Source: Octopus vulgaris (Eukaryota). From it: DNA of 64,000 bases. Positions 30,055 to 43,377 of the stretch are shown piece by piece. The DNA lies in NCBI GenBank assembly GCA_951406725.2, contig OX597842.1, positions 18,290,001-18,354,000 on the forward strand, read 5' to 3'. Made by a program: the position numbers and the translations under genes. Numbering within the stretch: position 1 is the stretch's first letter; each line of letters starts with the position of its first letter. The notes under the pieces are model-generated. The model was not told where the DNA came from. It ran no database searches and was given only the letters and a program-made list of their open reading frames with translations.

Positions 30055-30097
<43 letters not shown>

Positions 30098-30143
30098 CAT
30101 ATATATATACACATATATATATACATATATATATACACATATA

Positions 30144-30199
<56 letters not shown>

Positions 30200-30244
30200 T
30201 GTGTATATATATATATGTATGTATATATATATGTATATATATAT

Positions 30245-30387
<143 letters not shown>

Positions 30388-31111
30388 GAAAAGGCGGTTA
30401 AATAGATGGATGGATGGATAGATTAGCGGGAGTGGGGGAATATGTAAGCAATAAAATCCAGGAAACAAGGCTTTATAGACCTACAAGTCAGAACAGACAG
30501 AACTATTTGCTCCGTTGGTGTGCACACACACCCACACAAACACACACACAAACGCACAGATAATTATGTACACCTGCAGACGTAAAGATGAAATGTTTAT
30601 TGATCAAAAGTGACACGCTACCATGGAAAAATGATACACCGGACACGCCGTTAATAGACTCAGAAATACGATGAATATTTAAAGACGTCATCAGGGGAAA
30701 TGCTTATTGATTTGAAAGTAATGACATGTTCAAGCAGGAAATATTCTGTTGTTTTTTTAATCATTGTGGCAGAAACTGGTTAAATAATTTTTAAGGATTA
30801 AAAGGAAAAATGTGGGTTTCACCTTTTGATAGAAGGACAGCGATTTCCTCCCTTGTGTACACCTGGGGTTTATTTTATCGGTCCCGAAAGGATAAAAAAG
30901 GTAAAGTCGACCCCGGCAGCATTCGAACCCGGAACGTAAAGACGGACGAAGTACGCTAAGTATTCTTTCCGGTGCGGTAACGATTCACCCTGGTGGTGTT
31001 TGTGCAAAACAAGCTTGAGGCTAATCAATAGATTATCAATATTAATTGATTTGTATAAGTATATATGTCTATGTATGCATGCATGTACGTGTGTGTGTGT
31101 GTGTCTGTGTG

Positions 31112-31243
<132 letters not shown>

Positions 31244-31317
31244 TATATATATATATAAAGGTAAAGCCCCCTTCGGTCATGAATGACCATGGGATTGCAC
31301 CTAGAAAGTTACCCTCC

Positions 31318-31437
<120 letters not shown>

Positions 31438-31727
31438 CAGAGACAGAGAGAGACAGAGAGAGACAGAGAGAGCAATAAGAAAATGGAGGGGATCAATAGG
31501 TGGTTCATCTACTTTTAATCATTAAATTATGTTAACTTATTTATTTATTTACTAAACTGATAATTACAATAATATACATACATATAACATATTATTCTTT
31601 ACATATAAGATATAAATTATAGTAATATATAAGGATACCAGTAATTATTATAAAATAACAAACGAATATAAATTGGGAAAATAACTTACGGCTATTTCAG
31701 AAAATAGATAAAAATATCTCATTCTAT

Positions 31728-31816
<89 letters not shown>

Positions 31817-31903
31817 TAGATATATATTTGAGTAGTTGAATGAATTATCTTATTAAGGATAATTCGAAAGATAACCGATACCTGGGTAGCAAATTCACAT
31901 TTA

Positions 31904-31943
<40 letters not shown>

Positions 31944-31949
<6 letters not shown>

Positions 31950-32172
31950 CGGTGCATAATTATTGCGGCTTTTTTGCAATAAATTTTATTTAACAAAAAC
32001 ATCTTTAAATGGCGGTCTGACCATCTGCCAAGCGAATGGGAAGCAGTAATTGAAGTAGATGGTGAATATGCTCCGGAATAAAAATTTAAAGATGTTTTTG
32101 TTACATGTTGTTATTGTTTTTGTTGAATAAAATTTGTTGAAAAAATGCCGCAATAATTATTCCCCAACCCAA
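31944..32172 (+). mobile_element. Internally deleted mariner element (MITE-like)
   Basis: Imperfect TIRs TTGGATCGGTGCATAATTATTGCGGC / GCCGCAATAATTATTCCCCAACCCAA with TA flanks. The residual DHLPSEWEAVIEVDGEYAPE* resembles a mariner transposase C-terminus. Confidence 0.85.
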
Positions 32173-32204
32173 TATATATGTATGTACTGTACTTACTTGT
32201 ACTT

Positions 32205-32580
32205 GTAGCGACATTCACCCTGGGTGGTTTGAGTCGGCTTCTTCCTTGGAAGAAGTTTCGTGGGAATATGTGGATTTCACAAGCGGTCCCCAACAATCCC
32301 GCATGTAGAGACATCCTGTTGCCGTAGATTGTCCGCAGACGCAGGGACAGAACGACCGAGGAGCCACCGGTTGCTGAAACAGACACTCGAGGATTTTCAC
32401 CAGATTTTCACCAGATTTTCACCCCGTCTGCCGGGTTGTGACCCTAATACCACTAGGTGTCAGACCAATCCGCCTTGGGTGGCCCTACCAGGAACCGAAG
32501 TTCCCGACGGCATAGCTCTGACACTACCCGTTGCAAGCGTCCCCACCACGGTGAGGAGGGTATGGACTTTGGGGACGCAT
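32205..32580 (-). mobile_element. Monomeric copy of the same RTE-type 5' leader
   Basis: 32250-32570 matches the 26-27 kb unit, and it begins next to a TA/TATG tract. Confidence 0.7.
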
Positions 32581-32939
32581 ATATGTATGTATATATATAT
32601 ATATATATATATAAACTACATCTAGCTATCCACGCACACATTCACACACACACACACACACATTGATTAATGTCTGTTTTCTTGTTAAGCAATGATAAAA
32701 GTCATTTCATATTAAACTGAAGGATTCCTCAATATATCAAAATATATTACACTTTATCAAGAATAGTACTGACTGTGACTTCGAAGTTGCCTGGAGCTAA
32801 GCCATTGTAGGACTGTGGTACAGTTGAGTTAATTTCCTAGGATAAGCTGGGCCGTTTTATATGGTATTTGGGTTGTATGGTAGATTTTGACAGAAAGATA
32901 TCATGGAAAGACGTTGTTGATTACATTTGGAGCTGTGTT

Positions 32940-33143
32940 GTTTACTCTCTTACTTGTTTCAGTCATTTGACTGCGGCCATGCTGGAGCACCGCCTTTAGT
33001 CGAGCAAATCGACTTATTGTTTGTAAGCCCAGTACTTATTCTATCGGTCTCTTTTGACGAACCGCTAAGTTATGGGGACGTAAACACACCAGCATCGGTT
33101 GTCAAGCAATGCTAGGGAGACAAACACAGACACACAAACACAC

Positions 33144-33217
<74 letters not shown>

Positions 33218-33372
33218 GACAGGCTTCTTTCAGTTTCCGTCTACCAAATCCACTCACAAGGCATTGGTCGGCCCGGGGCTATAGCAGAAGACACTTGCCC
33301 AAGGTGCCACGCAGTGGGACTGAACACGGAACCATGTGGTTGGTTAGCAAGCTACTTACCACACAACCACTC
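32940..33372 (-). mobile_element. SINE family A, full length
   Basis: Head, internal TA/TG microsatellite and LINE-like 3' tail. Confidence 0.9.
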
Positions 33373-33565
33373 AGAAATTATTTGTAATCAGATGTGTCTA
33401 TTTAGATGTATCAGCTTCGTGTCAGAGATTGTTTTTTGGGGGACTCACGAGCAAATATAGGTAAATGGAAGTTATTAGATGACTATCAGATGTGTCACTA
33501 GGTTTAGTTGTTGGTTACATTTGGATACTACCGTGAGATTTAACGTTTTGTTTTGGGAACGTGAA

Positions 33566-33940
33566 GGCGCAGGAGTGGCTGTGTGGTAAGTAGCTTGGTA
33601 ACCAACCACATGGTTCCGGGTTCAGTCCTACTGCGTGGCACCTTGGGCAAGTGTCTTCTGCTATAGCTCCGGGCCGACCAATGCCTTGTGAGTGGATTGG
33701 TAGACGGAAACTGAAAGAAGCCTGTCGTATATATGTATATATATATATGTGTGTGTGTTTGTGTTTGTCCCCCTAGCATTGCTTGACAACCGATGCTGGT
33801 GTGTTTATGTCCCCGTAACTTAGCGGTTCGGCAAAAGAGACCGATAGAATAAGTACTAGGCTTACAAAGAATACGTCCTGGGATCGATTAGCTCGACTGT
33901 GCTCCAGCAACAGTCAGATGACTGAAACAAGTATAAGAGA
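33566..33940 (+). mobile_element. SINE family A, full length
   Basis: Same structure as 32940-33372. Confidence 0.88.
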
Positions 33941-33995
33941 GAAAAAATATATATATATTTATATATATATATATATTCTTTTCTTTTCTTTTTTC

Positions 33996-34516
<521 letters not shown>

Positions 34517-34555
34517 AATAAAAAGTTTTGAATGGTACAACAATTCACTATAATA

Positions 34556-34630
34556 CAGACAATGGGCTGTGTATACCTGTCAGACAATGGGCTGAGTATA
34601 CCTGTCAGACAATGGGCTGAGTATACCTGT
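34556..34630 (+). repeat. Three 25-bp tandem repeats
   Basis: CAGACAATGGGCTG(A/T)GTATACCTGT x3. Confidence 0.95.
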
Positions 34631-34787
34631 TGTAATTTAGTCATCCACAGTCTGATGATATTTCGGTATAAAATTCCTTCTTCAGATATTCTTAGATGGA
34701 GTCGCTGCTATAATCGTGGACATAAACACACCAGCATCAGTTGTCAAGCGATGTTGGGGGGAACAAACACACACGTTTATATACATA

Positions 34788-35160
34788 CTAGCAGTATCGC
34801 CCGGCGTTGCTCGGGTTTGTAAGGGAAATAACTATATAAGCATTTTTAGAGAGTTATAGCCAAAAAATAGAAAAAAAATTATTGTAAATTTTTTTTGAGA
34901 GTTAAAAAGGTCGAGTTGCGTCCCCTAGACAGTCTGTGGTTTGTGTTTCTGATTCTCGACCCCATGTCGAATTTATCGATTTTTTTCAGAACTGGGGGAA
35001 CTTTTCAAAATTTTCGCTGCGTTAGTTTTGAATTATGACATTAGGCTATGTGTGTGTCAAGTTTCATCAGAATCGGTTGAAAGCCGTGGTCAGAGTGAGG
35101 GTACGAGAAAACAGACACACAGAAAACGCACAGACAAACTGCCGTTTATATAGAGAGAGA
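34788..35160 (-). mobile_element. Non-autonomous Helitron nested in a SINE A copy (about 34718-35325)
   Basis: The minus strand starts A|TC and ends in hairpin CCCGAGCAACGCCGGG followed by CTAG|T. Confidence 0.8.
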
Positions 35161-35353
35161 TATACGACGGGCTTCTTTCAGTTTCCGTCTACCAAATCCA
35201 CTGACAAGGTTTTTGGTCGGTTCGAAGCTATAGCAGAAGACATTCACCCAAGATGCCACGCAGTGGGACAGAAACCGGAACCATGTGGCTGGTAAGTATA
35301 CTACTTACCACACAGCCACTCCTACGTGCAGCTTCCTTTTTTTCTTGTATGTA

Positions 35354-35392
<39 letters not shown>

Positions 35393-35401
35393 TCTTTCTT
35401 T

Positions 35402-35805
35402 CTTTTACTTGTTTCAGTCATTTTGACTGCGGCCATGCTGGAGCACCGCCTTTAGTCGAGCAACTCGACCCGGGACTTATTCTTTGTAAGCCCAGTACTT
35501 AATCTATCGGTCTCTTTTGCCGAACCGCTAAGTTACGGGGACTTAAACACACCAGCATCGGTTGTCAAGCAATGCTAGGGGGACAAACACAGCAGACACA
35601 CAAACACACACATACATACATACATATATATATATACATATATACGACAGGCTTCTTTCAGTTTCCGTCTACCAAATCCACTCACAAGGCATTGGTCGTC
35701 CCGGAGCTATAGTAGAAGACACTTGCCCAAGATGCCACGCAGTGGGACTGAACCCGGGACCATGTGGTTGGTTAGCAAGCTACTTACCACACAGCCACTC
35801 CTACG

Positions 35806-35808
<3 letters not shown>
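35402..35808 (-). mobile_element. SINE family A, full length
   Basis: Same structure as 32940-33372. Confidence 0.9.
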
Positions 35809-35844
<36 letters not shown>

Positions 35845-35930
35845 GTATGTATATATATATATATATATTATATCACAATTAACATGCGTCTCGAAACAAA
35901 CCGATAGAAATTTCTAAAAAAATTTCGTTA

Positions 35931-35991
35931 TTACCGTATTGGTCCCAATTTCAGAGTTAATTCATAAGAATTTTCTCCTCATCAGCGATAA
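35931..35991 (-). ncRNA. Type I hammerhead ribozyme
   Basis: The minus strand reads TTATCG-CTGATGA-GGAGaaAATTCttatGAATTaaCTCT-GAAA-TTGGgaCCAA-TA-CGGTAA. All three stems pair and the site is AUA. Confidence 0.87.
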
Positions 35992-36251
35992 ATACGTAAG
36001 ACATAAATGAAATACTTACTCATACCGATGGAAAAAACAAGCACTAAGTCCTGAGCAGACCTAAGTACCCCAAATATATCCAAAATAGAAAATCTTCGGC
36101 ACATCTCGAGACACGGGCATATTTGGCATTAGATTTTTTTCTTTTGCCCTTATTTTATAAGTTATTTATAAATTTAACCTTTAAAGATATTTTTAATATG
36201 CTGGCCATTGATAAAAAAAATTTTTCGAAAAATTTTATACTATATTATATT

Positions 36252-36352
<101 letters not shown>

Positions 36353-36656
36353 CATATGTAGTGTGTGAATGGGCGATATATATATACATCGCCCATCACA
36401 TACTACCGTGTGTGAATAATATGCTCAAGGGCCACATTTACTCATTCGCGACCACTTCTAGGCTTTGCCACAAACTCAGTTTTTAACCAAATTAAATAAT
36501 GTTTACATTTTTAGATTAGTCACATCATACGCTACATTTCGAAAATTGGTTCCGTAGACAAAGTGTTTAAGTCAAATAGGTAGGTCAGAAACGGGAGAAT
36601 AACGCCTGAAATCGACTTTGAGTCCAAATACATTTAAAAAATAAATCTATATTTTA

Positions 36657-37049
36657 CTAGCAGTATCGCCCGGCGTTGCTCGGCTTTGTTTCGACCCTTT
36701 AGAATAGGAATTTTTGAAAAGTAAAAATTTTGCATTATGTAACTTGTTATTCTCTTTAAGTGAACATTTTTCTGGTTGAAATACACCGATAAATGGCGAC
36801 ACAGCAGTCAAAAAATCGTAGAAAATAGGGATTTTTATTTTAAAAAAAGCACCTTTTTGATGTAAATAATTTTTAGTGTTAACTTGGTCTGATTTGAATT
36901 TTTTCTTCTATGGAAGGAAGAGCAAGCCTTCTTCTATCATACTCTCAATTTTGGTCAACTTGCGCCGCAGGGACTCGGAGGAGATAGTGTTAGTTGAAGG
37001 CTACCAAGCCTGCCACACACAGACAACTTCAGCTTTATATATAGAGAGA
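36657..37049 (-). mobile_element. Non-autonomous Helitron (same 3' end, different interior)
   Basis: A|TC start, subterminal hairpin and CTAG|T end. Confidence 0.8.
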
Positions 37050-38025
37050 TTTTAGCTTATATGATAAAGTGACATTGGGGTAAAATATACGAAGCCCAGT
37101 ATACCCATCGTGACTCCCTGTCTGATAAGGGTACACCAGGCACATGCATCACAACCATATGAGCGTGACATGGTGATCTCATATTAAGATATACAGCGCA
37201 TGACCTTGCAGGTGAGGCCCAGTTAGAATTTTCTTCTATGACACCGCTAGAAAAAACTGCCGTTCAAACCAAAAAGATCCATATAATGTTCACACCTTTC
37301 TCGGAGAACATTATCAAGTATTTACTTGAAGCTAAAATACAAATATAAACAACCCGCCCTTACTTCAAGGTCTTGACTCTCTACCTGATATTATCGGTCA
37401 CACCCCATTCAACAACATCTAACTAATTCATCCAGAGAAAAATATAACACACAAACAAATCGAAAACTATCAATATATTGCCAGGTTAAATTGAAACTGT
37501 TTGTTCACCAAGCGTATAGAAACAGGTGACTTGTTTTGAGAGGTGTGTTTGCAAAAAGCGATGAATAGAAGTAGTCATTGTCAGGAAAATTAACGAAGCC
37601 GAGGGTGAAACTTACTTACAGTCTTGAAAGCGAAGTAGTTTGTTAAGAAAGAAACGACAATATAAGACACAAAGTTTAAGACCGTGTTTAAGAAAAGTGA
37701 AAAAACCAGCCGACAGCTTTTAGAGTTAGAAGAGAAGAGGATTCAAGTTGCAAATTTATTTTAATAAGGGTGGAAAAAACCTGAAGATATTGTTTAAAGA
37801 ACTTATCATCATTTGGAAGCGAATGCAAAAAGAAATCAACGGTGATATATCCTAAGTTTTTCTTGAATTGTCAGAACGAAGAGAATAGAAATAAATGAAA
37901 GAAAGCCTGTTTGTCGAAACTAGAAAGTGACATTAAAAGGCAGACGACATTTTTTCCAGTGGGACACGTCTGGTTTGTCGATTTTCAACTAAAAGTGAAG
38001 TTAATCTTACAACTCTGAAACAGTC

Positions 38026-38038
38026 ATGAATCTTAAAG
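38026..38038 (+). CDS. Host gene exon 1 (MNLK, phase 1)
   Basis: GTC-ATG AAT CTT AAA G|GTAAGT. The donor is consensus and the phase fits exon 2. Confidence 0.65.
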
Positions 38039-38233
38039 GTAAGTGAATTAATGATATTAAGAATGAAAAGAGAGATTATTACTGAAATTGTTTTTATAAT
38101 TCTATAATGTAAAATACTGTGGCTGACTTGTGCTTTCATTACATTCGGTTTCCCATTATTATTTCTCATTTCCAAAGAGGATGGAAAGGTCGTAGTGGGA
38201 TATGTAAAAATTTTAGTTCGACTAATAAAATGT

Positions 38234-38658
38234 GGGACCTTTTCGGTTTGAACGGCAGTTTTTTAAAATAATTTCCACGTAACTAAACACTTTTAAACTT
38301 CGTATACTGGTAGAATGTGTTTATAAAACATCTTTTTCTCTTGGCTTTCTTGAGAAAATTCTATAGTTTGTAAGATATTTGTTTTTTTTTTTTTTTTCAA
38401 TTTCTGCAATTTCAACCAATCAGTGACGTCTATTGAGGTAAAAAAAAAGCATTCTGTGCCGTATGAATATGTCCCTCGTTTAAGAAACAGATTGGGTTTA
38501 TTTACATTTGTGAAGAAAAAAAAGATACCCTTCCCCCTAACCCTAACTAACCCTAAAACAGATTGAAATGCAATAGATCGATACTAGGGTTATAATTATG
38601 GGTGACAATTTCATATGACACCACTAGAAAAAAACTGCCGTTCAAACCGAAAAGATCC
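38234..38658. mobile_element. MITE with about 28-bp TIRs and a 6-bp TSD
   Basis: GGA(C/T)CTTTTCGGTTTGAACGGCAGTTTTT at both ends; AAATGT at 38228-38233 and 38659-38664; internal CCTAACCCTAA. Partial ends also occur at about 37237-37280 and 48299-48326. Confidence 0.9.
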
Positions 38659-38809
38659 AAATGTTTTTATAATTCTATAATGTAAAATACTGTAGCTGAC
38701 TTGTGCTTTCATTACACTCGGTTTACCATTATCATTTCCCCATTTTCATAGAGAATGGAAAGGACGGGGTTGGATTTGTAGAAACCATGGATCGACTTGT
38801 TTTATATTA

Positions 38810-40992
38810 AGGTGGGGAGCTTTTCCCGTTCTGAGTTCAAATTCCGCCGATGTCGACTTTGCCTTTCATCCTTTCGGGGTCGGTAAATATAATCGACTTA
38901 ATCCGTTTGTCTGTCCTTGTTTGTCCCCTCTTGTTTAGCCCCTTGTGGGCAATAAAGAACTAGGCATTTCGTCTGCTGCTACGTTCTGAGTTCAAATTCC
39001 GCCGATGTCGACTTTGCCTTTCATCCTTTCGGGGTCGGTAAATATAATCGACTTAATCCGTTTGTCTGTCCTTGTTTGTCCCCTCTTGTTTAGCCCCTTG
39101 TGGGTAATAAAGAAATAGGCATTTCGTCTGCTGCTACGTTCTGAGTTCAAATTCCGCCGAGGTCGACTTTGCCTTTCATCCTTTCGGGGTCGGTAAATAT
39201 AATCGACTTAATCCGTTTGTCTGTCCTTGTTTGTCCCCTCTTGTTTAACCCCTTGTGGGTAATAAAGAAATAGGTATTTCGTCTGCTGCTACGTTCTGAG
39301 TTCAAATTCCGCCGATGTCGACTTTGCCTTTCATCCTTTCGGGGTCGGTAAATATAATCGACTTAATCCGTTTGTCTGTCCTTGTTTGTCCCCTCTTGTT
39401 TAACCCCTTGTGAGTAGTAAAGAAATAGGTATTTCGTCTGCTGCTACGTTCTGAGTTCAAATTCCGCCGAGGTCGACTTTGCCTTTCATCGACTTAATCC
39501 GTTTGTCTGTCCTTGTTTGTCCTCTCTGTGTTTAGCCCCTTGTGGCTAATAAAGAAATAGGTATTTCGTCTGCCTCTACGTTCTGAGTTCAAATTCCGCC
39601 GAGGTCGACTTTGCCTTTAATCCTTTCGGGGTTGCTAAATTAAGTACCAGTTACGCATTGGGGTCGATGTAATCGACTTAATCCCTTTGTCTGTCCTTGT
39701 TTGTCCCCTCTGTGTGTAGCCCCTTGTGGGTAGTAGAGAAATAGGTATTTCGTCTGCCGCTACGTTCTGAGTTCAAATTCCGCCGAGGTCGATTTCGCTT
39801 TTCATCCTTTCGGGGTCGATTAAATAAGTACCAGTTACACACTGGGGTCGATATAATCGACTTAATCCCTTTGTCTGTCCTTGTTTGTCCCCTCTGTGTG
39901 TAGCCCCTTGTGGGCAATAAAGAAATAGGCATTTCGTCTGCTGCTACGTTCTGAGTTCAAATTCCGCCGATGTCGACTTTGCCTTTCATCCTTTCGGGGT
40001 CGGTAAATATAATCGACTTAATCCGTTTGTCTGTCCTTGTTTGTCCCCTCTGTGTGTAGCCCCTTGTGGGTAGTAGAGAAATAGGTATTTCGTCTGCCGC
40101 TACGTTCTGAGTTCAAATTCCGCCGAGGTCGATTTCGCTTTTCATCCTTTCGGGGTCGATTAAATAAGAACCAGTTACACACTGGGGTCGATGTAATCGA
40201 CTTAATCCCTTTGTCTGTCCTTGTTTGTCCCCTCTGTGTGTAGCCCCTTGTGGATAGTAGAGAAATAGGTATTTCGTCTGCCGTTACGTTCTGAGTTCAA
40301 ATTCCGCCGAGGTCGACTTTACCTTTCATCCTTTCGGGGTCGGTAAATTAAGTACCAGTTATGCACTGAGGTCGATCTAATCGACTTAATCCCTTTGTCT
40401 GTCCTTGTTTGTCCCCTCTTGTTTAACCCCTTGTGGGTAATAAAGAAATAGGTATTTCGTCTGCTGCTACGTTCTGAGTTCAAATTCCGCCGAGGTCGAC
40501 TTTGCCTTTCATCCTTTCGGTGTCGATTAAATAAGTACCAGATACGCACTGGGGTCGATGTAATCGACTTAATCCCTTTGTCTGTCCTTGTTTGTCCCCT
40601 CTGTGTTTAGTGCCTTGTGGGTAATAAAGAAATAGGTATTTCGTCCGTCTTTACGTTCTGAGTTCAAATTCCGCCGAGGTCGACTTTGCCTTTCATCCTT
40701 TCGGTGTCGATTAAATAAGTACCAGTTACGCACTGGGGTCGATGTAATCGACTTAATCCCTTTGTCTGTGCTTGTTTGTCCCCTCTGTGTTTAGTGCCTT
40801 GTGGGTAATAAAGAAATAGGTATTTCGTCCGTCTTTACGTTCTGAGTTCAAATTCCGCCAAGGTCGACTTTACATTTCATCCTTTCCGGGTCAATAAAAT
40901 ACATACCAGTTTAACACTGGGGGTGGAGGATCGCAATGTAATCGACTTACTCTGCGTCCGAAACTGCTGGCTTTGTGTCAAAATTTGAAACT
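38810..40992 (+). repeat. SINE-B-derived tandem array, 13 units (about 155-bp and 184-bp variants), in intron 1
   Basis: GTTCTGAGTTCAAATTCC occurs at about 38828, 38983, 39138, 39293, 39448, 39580, 39764, 39948, 40104, 40288, 40471, 40655 and 40839. Confidence 0.92.
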
Positions 40993-41231
40993 AGCATTAT
41001 CGTTATGAAAGACGGTGAGCTTGCAGAATCGTTAGCACGCCGGACAAAGTGTCAAGCGACGTTTCTTCTGGCTTTACGTAAGGAGTTCAAATTCCACTGA
41101 AGTTGAAGGAGACTCTACGTCGCGTACTTTCAGACTGTTTATTCTGAGTAAGGCCATGGTAGGTAAAAGGAAGGAAGTTAGAAGGAGCACTTAGGGGCCG
41201 CAGAACTTTTATCTTGCGGCCCGCTTGATAC

Positions 41232-41442
41232 TTTACTCTTTACTCTTTTTTACTTCAGTCATTTGACTGCGGCCATGATGGAGCACCGCCTTTAGTCGAG
41301 CAAATCGACCCCAGGACTTATTCTTTGTAAGCCTAGTACTTATTCTATCGGTCACTTTTGCCGAACCGCTAAGTTACGGGGGACGTAAACACACCAGCAT
41401 CAGCTGTCAAGCAACGCTAGGGGGACAAACACAGACACACAA

Positions 41443-41511
<69 letters not shown>

Positions 41512-41615
41512 CGACGGGCTTCTTCCAGTTTCCGTCTACCAAATCTAATCAGGCTTTGGTTGGTCCGAGGCTATATTAGAAGACGATTGCCCGAGGTGCC
41601 ACGCAGTGGAACTGA
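41232..41615 (-). mobile_element. SINE family A, 5'-truncated
   Basis: Tail, microsatellite and part of the head. Confidence 0.85.
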
Positions 41616-42278
41616 TGCGAAAGATGAACAATGCATGTGGTTTTAAGAAAATATTTATTTACCGCTAAGTTACAAATACTTTGCCTCGACAGGCAGGTTA
41701 TGATAAATCCAAAAATATGCGAAGTAAAGTTTGTGTTTGTGCCCTCTTCATTGTTTAGTAGTAATTACAGAGAGAGAGATAGAATGATGTTATCAGAGAA
41801 CAGAATTAGAGCTAGTGAGAGTTGTAGGGTGTTGTCTCACAGTTGCTGACAGTAAACTTCATTTTTCCCTCTGACCAAGGTTCTAACTGGTCAGCCAGAC
41901 TTCGTTGTCACCGAAGTGACTAACCGGTTGAGTCGTCACATGTGACTGGACTCGTTGAGTCGTAACCGACTGATTTTTGCTTGGGGGAGGGTTCTTGCTT
42001 TTATAACTATCCAGAAGGATAGACATATCATTGAGAACAATAGATTTAGTTGGTGGTCTTTTTACCTCTATTCTAGCTTTTCGTGAAGTAGAAGAGGTTA
42101 GAAAAGGTCAAGTGGTGAAGACATTATTTCGGCCTAGCTAAAGGCTTCTGGAAAACGTAAAACTGATCTCAGAGAAAAACCATTGTTCCACCGTGGGGAA
42201 AAGTTTTGTTGCAGTGTTAATTTAGATTTGGCTATGGTGGATCGAATCCGCCTCATGCTTGCAAGATCCACCATATCA
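41613..42278 (-). mobile_element. Possible solo LTR
   Basis: TGAT...ATCA termini. The minus strand has TATAAAA (about 42000) upstream of AATAAA (about 41657). No TSD found. Confidence 0.3.
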
Positions 42279-42356
42279 CTCCCCTCGGCAGTGAGGCTCC
42301 GGGAAAGGAAACGAACGATTGAAGGAGAGAAAGAAATGTATGGTTGAGAGATGTAT

Positions 42357-42745
42357 GTTAGTTAGTTAGTTAGTTAATTTGGCTCAAAAGCAAATAGCAA
42401 GGCCATGTAGGGGGACATGGAGTTAAGTACAGGGTGGTGTTCATGTAAAGAGTTCAGGCCACTTGAGGTCAAGGGAGGCTTTGAACAAAGCGGTCGTCGG
42501 CATCTTCACCATCTCGTCTGGCAGCTTGTTCCACGGATCCACAACCCGGACGGTGAAAGCCCATCTCCTTCGATTGAGATGAAATCGTCGCAGATAGAGC
42601 TTTACGGAATGACCCCGCAGCCGACGCTCTGGAGCAGGAGTGAAGAACAGCTCTTTCGAGAGGTTACACTTTCCGCTTATGATGTTGTGGGCGAGAATGA
42701 GATCTCCACGGCGGCGGCGTTTTTCAAGAGAATCATGCATGCAAG
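42357..42745 (-). pseudogene. CR1 LINE 3' fragment with a (TAAC)n tail
   Basis: LEKRRRRGDLI...LRGHS.KL...F.VRVVDPWNKLP...FKASLD. Confidence 0.9.
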
Positions 42746-43377
42746 ATCCACTTTTGTTAACGAAATCTCGAAAATCTCGTTTTCTTTTGAAATATTTATT
42801 AAAAAAAAAAAGACCCCGCCGGTTACGACGACGAGGGTCCCAGCTGATACGATCAACGGAACAGCTTGCTCGTGAAATTAACGTGCAAATGGCTGAGCAT
42901 TCCACAGACACGTGTACCCTTAACGTAGTTCTCGGGGATAATCAGCGTGACACAGAGAGTGACAAGGCTGACCCTTTGAAATACAAGTACAACTCATTTT
43001 TGCCAGCTGAGTGGACTGGAGCAACGTGAAATAAAGTGTCTTGCTCAAGGACACAACGCGTCGCCGGGAATCGAACTCACAACCTTACGATCATGAGCCG
43101 AATGCCCTAACCACTAAGCCACGCGCCCTCACGAAATATTTATTAGTTTTTAAACGTTGGACATGTTTTGTGCTGTTTTGATGTGTCAGCACAATTCTGT
43201 TGCAGTGATTTAGTTGTCGTAATGGATGTTTAACGATCAGTTAAATTTTTAATTGCTTCTGTCTGTGTCCACGTAATTAATGATTGTTTTGATTGATGCG
43301 AGTGATGGCGTTCTGACTGATGAATTCCTTGGGGATAAGGTTTCGCTTGTGTTCATAATGTCGTCGGTGTTGCTGTT

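Noticed and set aside
34648-34692. Minus-strand CTGAAGAAGG...CCGAAA hammerhead-like core
   Set aside because: Stem I does not pair; at best a decayed remnant.
38535-38556. Interstitial telomere
   Set aside because: Only three imperfect CCCTAA units, internal to a MITE.
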